In this document: piece by piece, positions 34,962 through 41,243 of the stretch
Numbering within the stretch: the first letter of the stretch is position 1
Layout: every line of letters starts with the position of its first letter
NCBI GenBank assembly: GCA_051117555.1
Contig: JBNPEG010000082.1
Span: forward strand, 1 to 41,243
From: Elainellaceae cyanobacterium
Lineage (GTDB): Bacteria > Cyanobacteriota > Cyanobacteriia > CAZCXK01
Direction of reading: 5' to 3'
Length of the DNA: 41,243 nucleotides
The notes under the pieces: generated by a model
The model's input: the letters and a program-made list of their open reading frames with translations, nothing else
Told to the model about the DNA's origin: nothing
Database searches by the model: none
Translations under genes and position numbers: made by a program

Positions 34962-37235
34962 ATGAACGTAGCAGCTCCTGCACTAAAACACGTTGATCTC
35001 CAGCTTCCTACTTGGCTAAACGACTGTCTGATTGCCGAGCAGTCATCTGATCATGACACGCCCGGCGATTCTCATTCGGATGTTTCTCTTGTGTGTCGAG
35101 CCTTTGAATTTGCGTATTTGCTCCATGAAGGGCAATATCGAGCATCCGGTGAGCCTTATATCTGCCATCCCGTTGCCGTTGCTGGACTGCTTCGTGATTT
35201 GGGAGGGAGTAGCAGCATGATTGCGGCTGGGTTCCTGCACGATGTCGTCGAAGACACGGACGTGACGCCAGACGAAATTGAGCAGCACTTTGGCACCGAT
35301 GTGCGACGGTTGGTTGAGGGAGTCACCAAGCTCTCAAAATTTAACTTTTCCAGCAAGATGGAAAGCCAAGCTGAAAACTTTCGGCGCATGTTTTTGGCGA
35401 TGGCTCAAGACATCCGCGTGATTGTGGTCAAGCTGGCAGACCGCCTCCACAATATGCGCACGCTCGAACATCTGCCCGATGCAAAACGCCGTCGCATCGC
35501 CCTAGAAACCCGAGAAATTTTTGCGCCCCTAGCGAATCGCTTAGGAATCGGACGATTTAAGTGGGAATTAGAAGATCTAGCCTTTAAGTATTTAGAGCCG
35601 GAGGCATACCAAAACATTCGCCAGCTTGTTGCCGATAAGCGCGTCGACCGAGAAGATCGGCTTAAACAGGTTGTCGAATTATTAAAACGTCGCCTTGATG
35701 ACATTGGCGTTCGGCATGTCGATATTAGCGGACGCCCCAAGCATCTATATGGCATCTATCAAAAGATGCAGCGACAGCAAAAAGAATTTCAAGAAATCTA
35801 CGATATTGCGGCAATTCGCATCATCGTTCGCAACAATGACGAATGCTATCGCGCGTTGGCCGTGGTTCATGATGCGTTTCGCCCCATCCCAGGCCGGTTT
35901 AAGGACTACATCGGGTTACCCAAGCCCAACCGCTATCAGTCGTTGCATACGGTTGTCATTGGTAACGCAGGGCGACCGATTGAGATGCAGATTCGGACGT
36001 TAGAAATGCATCACATTGCCGAATATGGAATTGCTGCTCACTGGAAATACAAGGAAGCGGGATCAAGCGCCCGAATTACGGCAGAAGACGAAAAATTTAC
36101 GTGGTTGCGTCAGCTTCTCGAATGGCAAAGTGACCTAAAAGATGCTCAAGAGTATCTTGAAAATATTAAATTTAATCTGTTTGAAGACGAGGTGTATGTG
36201 TTTACGCCCAATGGGGATGTAATTCCGTTGGCGCGTGGCGCAACGCCGATTGATTTTGCCTACCGCATTCACACCGAAATCGGAAATCATTGCTCAGGAG
36301 CCAAGCTGAACGGACGCATCGTGCCCCTCGATACGCCGTTGCAGAATGGTGATATTGTCGAAATTCTGACGCAGAAAAATTCGCATCCCAGCCTTGATTG
36401 GCTTAATTTCGTCGTGACAGCAAGCGCTCGTAATCGAATTCGTCAGTGGTATAAGCGATCGCACCGTGACGAAAATATTGCCCGAGGGCGCGACATGCTG
36501 GAGCGGGCATTAGGCAAAAACGGGTTTGAATCGTTGCTAAAATCTGACCCCATGCAAGCCTCCGCCGAGCGATGCAATTACTCCACTGTCGATGATTTAT
36601 TAGCCGGATTGGGCTATGGCGAGGTTACGCTCAATCTGGTCGTCAACCGACTTCGAGAGGCCATCAAGGCTCAGCAACCCATTGCTCCTGCTGATGAAGA
36701 AGCTATCGAAGCCGAAGAAGAGCTTCTACTCTCTCCCAGCACGACCACCGATCGACAGTCCTATCGCGCGGGAGATTCCCCGATCGCAGGCGTCGAAGGT
36801 TTGCTATATGGCATTGCCGGGTGCTGTCATCCTGTTCCAGGCGAATCCATTATTGGAGTGGTGACGATGGGCAGCCGAGGAATTTCGATTCACCGTCAGG
36901 GATGCAAGAACGTAGACAACATACCGGGCGATCGCCTGATCCCGGTTAGTTGGAACCCGACTGAGCAAACCCTGAGGCGATCGCAAACCTATCCGGTTCA
37001 GGTTCAGGCTGAGGTGATCGACCGCGTTGGAGTGCTCAAAGATGTGTTATCTCGTCTCAGTGACCACAAGATTAATGTCAGGAGTGCTCAGGTCAAGACT
37101 GCGCCGGGGCGTCCAGCGTTTATCAATTTAGAAATTGAGATTCGAGACTCGTATCAGCTTGAGCGGATTATGGCTCAAATTCGTAAAATGAGTGATGTCT
37201 TAAATCTGCGTCGGGTAGGTCAGAGTAATGCCTAA
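34962..37235 (+). CDS. spoT: Bifunctional (p)ppGpp synthetase/hydrolase (long RSH)
   Basis: HD motif LHDVVED; KLADRLHNMRT; RFKD; YQSLHT; EMQIRT; TGS and ACT domains. Confidence 0.96.
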   Translation: MNVAAPALKHVDLQLPTWLNDCLIAEQSSDHDTPGDSHSDVSLVCRAFEFAYLLHEGQYRASGEPYICHPVAVAGLLRDLGGSSSMIAAGFLHDVVEDTDVTPDEIEQHFGTDVRRLVEGVTKLSKFNFSSKMESQAENFRRMFLAMAQDIRVIVVKLADRLHNMRTLEHLPDAKRRRIALETREIFAPLANRLGIGRFKWELEDLAFKYLEPEAYQNIRQLVADKRVDREDRLKQVVELLKRRLDDIGVRHVDISGRPKHLYGIYQKMQRQQKEFQEIYDIAAIRIIVRNNDECYRALAVVHDAFRPIPGRFKDYIGLPKPNRYQSLHTVVIGNAGRPIEMQIRTLEMHHIAEYGIAAHWKYKEAGSSARITAEDEKFTWLRQLLEWQSDLKDAQEYLENIKFNLFEDEVYVFTPNGDVIPLARGATPIDFAYRIHTEIGNHCSGAKLNGRIVPLDTPLQNGDIVEILTQKNSHPSLDWLNFVVTASARNRIRQWYKRSHRDENIARGRDMLERALGKNGFESLLKSDPMQASAERCNYSTVDDLLAGLGYGEVTLNLVVNRLREAIKAQQPIAPADEEAIEAEEELLLSPSTTTDRQSYRAGDSPIAGVEGLLYGIAGCCHPVPGESIIGVVTMGSRGISIHRQGCKNVDNIPGDRLIPVSWNPTEQTLRRSQTYPVQVQAEVIDRVGVLKDVLSRLSDHKINVRSAQVKTAPGRPAFINLEIEIRDSYQLERIMAQIRKMSDVLNLRRVGQSNA

Positions 37236-37310
37236 ACTGGCTCGATGTTGGGCAAAAAGAATCTCAATGGACGTGCATGGGGTTCTGTTGATCGTCTTTG
37301 GTCACGTTAA

Positions 37311-37886
37311 ATGCGTTCTCAGCTTCCTGTTCTTAACACACCGCATCTGCTCATTCGGCTTGCCAGCCTAGATGATGTGTCTGCGATCGCCCACTATTAT
37401 TGCGAGAATCGCGCCTTCCTCAAACCCTTCGAACCCCTCCGACCTCAGGAATTTTTTACCGAGCCGTTTTGGCATGCTCAAGTGGAGGCAAATCTTTGGG
37501 AATTTCACTGCAAACGGTCGTTCAAGACATTCATATTCAAACGGTCAGACCCCACTCGTGTGATTGGGAGCATCAATCTGAATCAAATTATTCGCGGAGT
37601 TGCGCAATATTGCATGCTTGGATATAGCCTCGCCGAAGCTGAACAAGGTCAAGGCTACATGACAGAAGCCCTGCATGAGGCGATCGCCTATGGATTTGAC
37701 ACCCTCAATCTGCATCGAATCATGGCAAATTATATGCCTCACAATACGCGCAGCGGCAAGTTGCTAAAACGATTGGGCTTTATTGTAGAAGGATATGCTC
37801 GTGATTATTTAATGATTAATGGCAAATGGGAAGATCACATTCTCACCAGTCTCACCAATCCGAATTGGGTCTCTAAGTCCCGATGA
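37311..37886 (+). CDS. rimJ: RimJ-like GNAT N-acetyltransferase
   Basis: LGYSL..QGQGYMTEAL, LHRIMANYMPHN and YLMINGKWEDH motifs. Confidence 0.85.
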   Translation: MRSQLPVLNTPHLLIRLASLDDVSAIAHYYCENRAFLKPFEPLRPQEFFTEPFWHAQVEANLWEFHCKRSFKTFIFKRSDPTRVIGSINLNQIIRGVAQYCMLGYSLAEAEQGQGYMTEALHEAIAYGFDTLNLHRIMANYMPHNTRSGKLLKRLGFIVEGYARDYLMINGKWEDHILTSLTNPNWVSKSR

Positions 37887-37984
37887 TGGTTTGGTTTCTA
37901 TTAGATTCATCATTGAGCATAGCGTGATCAATCCGCATCGATCACCATCGAACCACACGACGAAAGAGCAGAAACTATACCCTC

Positions 37985-39430
37985 GTGAATCCCTTTTTTT
38001 CACTCAATTACGAACCCGCATTTGAGTCTCTAGGCGGTGACTACTACGATGTCGTCTCAGCGGCTCAATATCCTCAGCACATTCTTCGCTTTCGCAATGA
38101 CGATCTCTTGCGAACCCTTGGGTTAGACCCTCAAACGGTGGGCGATCGCGATTTTATTGAAGCATTTGGTCAATTCTGCGATCGCGCTCCTTTGCTTGCG
38201 ATGCGCTATCACGGCTACCAGTTTGGTGAATACAATGCCTTCTTAGGAGACGGGCGCGGGTTTTTATATGGACAACTCCGTGGGATCGATGGCGAACTCT
38301 ATGACCTGGGCACTAAAGGATCGGGAACCACACCCTACTCGCGAGGTGGAGACGGTCGCCTGACGCTCAAAGGAGGCGTGCGCGAAGTATTAGCCGCAGA
38401 AGCGCTCCATCGACTTGGGGTTCGCACCTCACGATGCCTAAGCCTAATAGAAACGGGCGAACAGCTTTGGCGAGGCGATGAGCCCTCTCCCACTCGCTCC
38501 TCCGTCATGGTGCGCGTGAACCGTTCCCACATTCGCTTTGGCACCTTTGAACGACTCCATTATTTAGGACGTCCTAACTTAATCTCGCCCCTGCTAGACC
38601 ACGTCATTGATTATTACTATCCTCATCTCACGGATAGGGCGGATCGCTATGCCCGGTTTTATGCAGAACTGGTGCAACGAGTCGCTCGACTAGTCGCCCA
38701 GTGGATGTCGGTCGGGTTTTGTCATGCCGTTCTCAACACCGACAATATGTCAATCACGGGGGAGAGCTTTGACTATGGCCCCTACGCCTTTATTGATCGC
38801 TATGACCCGCGATTTACAGCGGCCTATTTTGACTATTCTGGCCGTTATCGATACGCCAATCAGCCCCTCATCTGCCGCTGGAATTTAGAAATGCTGCAAT
38901 TGCCCTTAGGCAGCGTGATCCCTCAAACAGACATGGATGCCGCACTGGCGCAGTTTGATGATGAGTATGCTGATATCTATCATCGTCGAATGCTCAATAA
39001 GCTTGGGTTTGACGCGCTGCCAGACACCATTGCTCACGAGTTGCTAAATCTGACCCTCCAACTGCTTCAAGCAACGAAAATGGGCTACCACGACTGGTTT
39101 CTAATGCTTCGTCAGCAATTCTCTCCAGAATGGCGAGATCAGGCTCATCTTATTCTTCAAGACGAAACTTTTGAAGCGAATAATGTCCTCGATGCGTCTG
39201 ATGATATCCAGGCATTGACTCAGAGATGGCGCGATGCCTATCATCGCGCCCTTAACGTCGTTTCTCAACAAGAATTAGGGGCAATCAAACACCGATTAAG
39301 TCAGCACAACCCTACGATGGTGCTCGTGCGACCCGAAATCGAAATGATTTGGGAACCCATTGTGGTCAAAGACGACTGGCAACCGTTTTATGAGTTGCTC
39401 AAGCGAATTCATGAATCCGTCGAAGACTGA
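37985..39430 (+). CDS. selO: Protein adenylyltransferase SelO/YdiU
   Basis: [34 protein letters not shown] and [16 protein letters not shown] motifs. Confidence 0.93.
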   Translation: MNPFFSLNYEPAFESLGGDYYDVVSAAQYPQHILRFRNDDLLRTLGLDPQTVGDRDFIEAFGQFCDRAPLLAMRYHGYQFGEYNAFLGDGRGFLYGQLRGIDGELYDLGTKGSGTTPYSRGGDGRLTLKGGVREVLAAEALHRLGVRTSRCLSLIETGEQLWRGDEPSPTRSSVMVRVNRSHIRFGTFERLHYLGRPNLISPLLDHVIDYYYPHLTDRADRYARFYAELVQRVARLVAQWMSVGFCHAVLNTDNMSITGESFDYGPYAFIDRYDPRFTAAYFDYSGRYRYANQPLICRWNLEMLQLPLGSVIPQTDMDAALAQFDDEYADIYHRRMLNKLGFDALPDTIAHELLNLTLQLLQATKMGYHDWFLMLRQQFSPEWRDQAHLILQDETFEANNVLDASDDIQALTQRWRDAYHRALNVVSQQELGAIKHRLSQHNPTMVLVRPEIEMIWEPIVVKDDWQPFYELLKRIHESVED

Positions 39431-39441
39431 TACAGCTTCAA

Positions 39442-39714
39442 TTGAAGAGGGGGGATGAGTTGTCAGGGCTACGAGCTGAATATGGCATTACTCATGCCTT
39501 TATATTTGGGTCTGTCAGTCGGCCAGGACACGTCCACGAAAACTCTGATGTCGATGTTGCAGTAGAGTCAATTGCGGGCGATCGCTACTTCATGGCAATC
39601 AGCTTACTGTCATCGTGGTTGGAGCACGACGTCGATCTGATAGAACTAAATCAGTGTCCGTTTCAACATCGCATTCGAGAAACCGGAATTGTATGGACAG
39701 CGCCGCACGACTAA
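39442..39714 (+). CDS. Minimal nucleotidyltransferase (MNT), probably N-terminally truncated
   Basis: FGSV......SDVDVAV and VDLIEL motifs; weak TTG start. Confidence 0.7.
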   Translation: MKRGDELSGLRAEYGITHAFIFGSVSRPGHVHENSDVDVAVESIAGDRYFMAISLLSSWLEHDVDLIELNQCPFQHRIRETGIVWTAPHD

Positions 39715-39726
39715 TCTTCACGCTCT

Positions 39727-39778
39727 TTAGTCGACGCAGGTCGACTTTGTACGTGTAGGCGCGGCTTTAGCCGCCAGC
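39727..39778. repeat. REP-like palindromic element; inverted copy at 40335-40386
   Basis: 44/52 identity to the reverse complement of 40335-40386. Confidence 0.8.
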
Positions 39779-39907
39779 CGTCTCAGTGATGCAAATTAGG
39801 CAATATGTAAGTTGAGGAGATACCTTGAATCCGGTCATAATAGACTCAGTTAATAAGCTCGGTCACTTAAAACATTATCTTGTGCAACGGCATATCGTTT
39901 ACTTGTC

Positions 39908-40240
39908 ATGCTCTCTAAGACAAATATTCAAGAGATTGCCAATAAAGTCGCTGAGTGCTTTAGCCCAGAGAAAATTATCCTTTTTGGCAGCTATGCTCGT
40001 GGCGATGTGCACGACAACAGTGACCTCGACCTTCTCGTTGTGATGAACTCAGAGGCTCCTCTGGGTAAACGCAGCGCCCCAATTATTAAGATGCTGGCAG
40101 AACATTACGCTGAACCTATTGATGTTATTGTGCGTTCCTCAAAAAGCTTGACCAAATGGAAAGATACGCCAGGCAGCTTTGCACATCAGGTATTCAGTGA
40201 AGGAATTGTGCTCTATGACGAACAAGAGCAATCTGCCTGA
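39908..40240 (+). CDS. Minimal nucleotidyltransferase (MNT antitoxin)
   Basis: PEKIILFGSYARGD..SDLDLLVV motif; EGIVLY C-terminus. Confidence 0.9.
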   Translation: MLSKTNIQEIANKVAECFSPEKIILFGSYARGDVHDNSDLDLLVVMNSEAPLGKRSAPIIKMLAEHYAEPIDVIVRSSKSLTKWKDTPGSFAHQVFSEGIVLYDEQEQSA

Positions 40241-40313
40241 AGCCTGGTTTGCAAAAGCGGATGCCGATTTGCGAGCGGCTGAGCTGGTGATTGATATAGA
40301 TTCGCTTCTCTAA
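40215..40313 (+). pseudogene. HEPN-domain N-terminal remnant (32 aa)
   Basis: MTNKSNLPEAWFAKADADLRAAE overlaps the MNT 3' end and stops at a CTAATTGACTGACAAA element end. Confidence 0.75.
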
Positions 40314-40334
40314 TTGACTGACAAAACTCTCAAT

Positions 40335-40386
40335 GCTGGCGGCTAAAGCCGCACCTACACAGACAACGTCGGAATGCGTTGACTAA
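40335..40386. repeat. REP-like palindromic element; inverted copy of 39727-39778
   Basis: See the partner copy at 39727-39778. Confidence 0.8.
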
Positions 40387-40425
40387 GAAAACCTGAGTGG
40401 GCCGATTTTGCCTATATAGCAGCGT

Positions 40426-40953
40426 TTAACCGCTAACTAAAAGAAAAACATTGCAAATCGCAAAAATCCCAACCATAAGGTACAAAAGCATAAATATTAT
40501 GGCTACTCTTGATTCCACCTTAGCCATTGACCGATACTTCTTGGGATCTTTTCCTTCTCCTAAGGCTATCCATTCACCTAGAAAAAGGGCAATGGGTAGT
40601 TTCTTTTCCAAAGCATGAATTACACTAAACTTTGCTTGATTCATAAGTCCATAATACTTATTTAGCCTCAACCAAATTGCCGATAATAAGACACCTGAAA
40701 TTGATATTCCTATCAAGGAGAATATTTTACTAGATTCACTCGAATCGTCTATATTTCCAATGGAAAATCCCGACAACGTAATTAGAAATGCATTAGCTGT
40801 GAGGAAGAAACTGTTAGCAACTTGTCTTCGCTCAACAAGCTTTTCCATGGTTTCTACATATAGCTTATATTGTTCAAACATTATCTGTGAATTGCCAGAA
40901 ACTTCTTCATGATTTAAATCATGATTGAATAGAGTTTGACGAAATTTGTCCAT
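40426..40953 (-). CDS. Three-TM membrane protein, RipA/SLATT-like
   Basis: EQYKLYVE..E..RRQ.AN.FF and KF.VI..LE..LP..F..EW pattern; AT-rich gene. Confidence 0.7.
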   Translation of the reverse strand: MDKFRQTLFNHDLNHEEVSGNSQIMFEQYKLYVETMEKLVERRQVANSFFLTANAFLITLSGFSIGNIDDSSESSKIFSLIGISISGVLLSAIWLRLNKYYGLMNQAKFSVIHALEKKLPIALFLGEWIALGEGKDPKKYRSMAKVESRVAIIFMLLYLMVGIFAICNVFLLVSG

Positions 40954-41010
40954 AATAATAAAATCTCAGAAATATAAATGCTCAAATTCCTGGCAAAGAT
41001 AACACTGAAT

Positions 41011-41118
41011 TCAGTCCAAAAAATGTTCCTTTAAAAAATGAATTAGGAAGGTAGCTGCAGCCTTACACGCATAGTTCCTAAAATGCCTATTTCTTCCGCG
41101 TCCTGAATCTCCATAGTC
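41011..41118 (-). pseudogene. C-terminal remnant of a nucleoside phosphorylase (PNP_UDP_1/MTAN-like) gene cut by the IS
   Basis: The open frame from the IS junction reads DYGDSGRGRNRHFRNYACKAAATFLIHFLKEHFLD*, matching the 'SDYAD..K....YAA..AA.F' tail of this fold. Confidence 0.6.
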
Positions 41119-41243
41119 GGGAGCATGTCACTTTTGCGCCCCAATCATGCCATTGAGGTAAGCGCAACGATGAGCCAGGACTTGTGGAACGTTGTTTTCA
41201 TTCCACTGAGCACCTGAGATTTTGACGCGACGACCAATCTGCT
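41119..41243 (-). mobile_element. Right end of an ISKra4-family IS with the transposase C-terminus (stop at 41128-41130)
   Basis: QIGRRVKISGAQWNENNVPQVLAHRCAYLNGMIGAQK*; the stop codon lies inside the terminal repeat GGGAGCATGTCACTTTTGC. Confidence 0.85.

Noticed and set aside
1..41243. tRNA or rRNA genes
   Set aside because: None recognised by eye; tRNAscan-SE and Infernal were not run.

Overview
Cyanobacterial chromosomal DNA, recognisable from dense HIP1 (GCGATCGC) sites, patD next to rel/spoT, and homogentisate phytyltransferase. A transposase fragment lies at each edge of the window. From left to right it holds a wza-wzc polysaccharide export pair; an HTH-NACHT / CHRD / ECF sigma / anti-sigma module; a LexA DNA-binding-domain-only gene behind a LexA box; and hpt. 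Next is a ~14.5 kb co-directional minus-strand cluster: GT39, GT4, a fully reducing single-module type I PKS fused to a PLP alpha-oxoamine synthase domain, a loop-deleted LeuB-like dehydrogenase, a DmpA-type hydrolase and a DMT exporter. This cluster is the best candidate for an undescribed system, inferred to make a glycosylated sphingoid-like aminolipid. After it come a small gene with a highly structured 5' leader, a VapBC-like pair, a TIR remnant, SpoIIM/RDD membrane genes, a nitroreductase, a truncated ribokinase, pentapeptide-repeat, zinc-ribbon, patD, rel, rimJ and selO genes, and two MNT genes with decayed HEPN partners. At the right end a RipA-like membrane gene lies downstream of a nucleoside-phosphorylase gene interrupted by an ISKra4 element. 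Intergenic DNA is full of MITEs with different IS-type ends and palindromic cargo. All product calls come from motifs recognised by eye; no searches were run.
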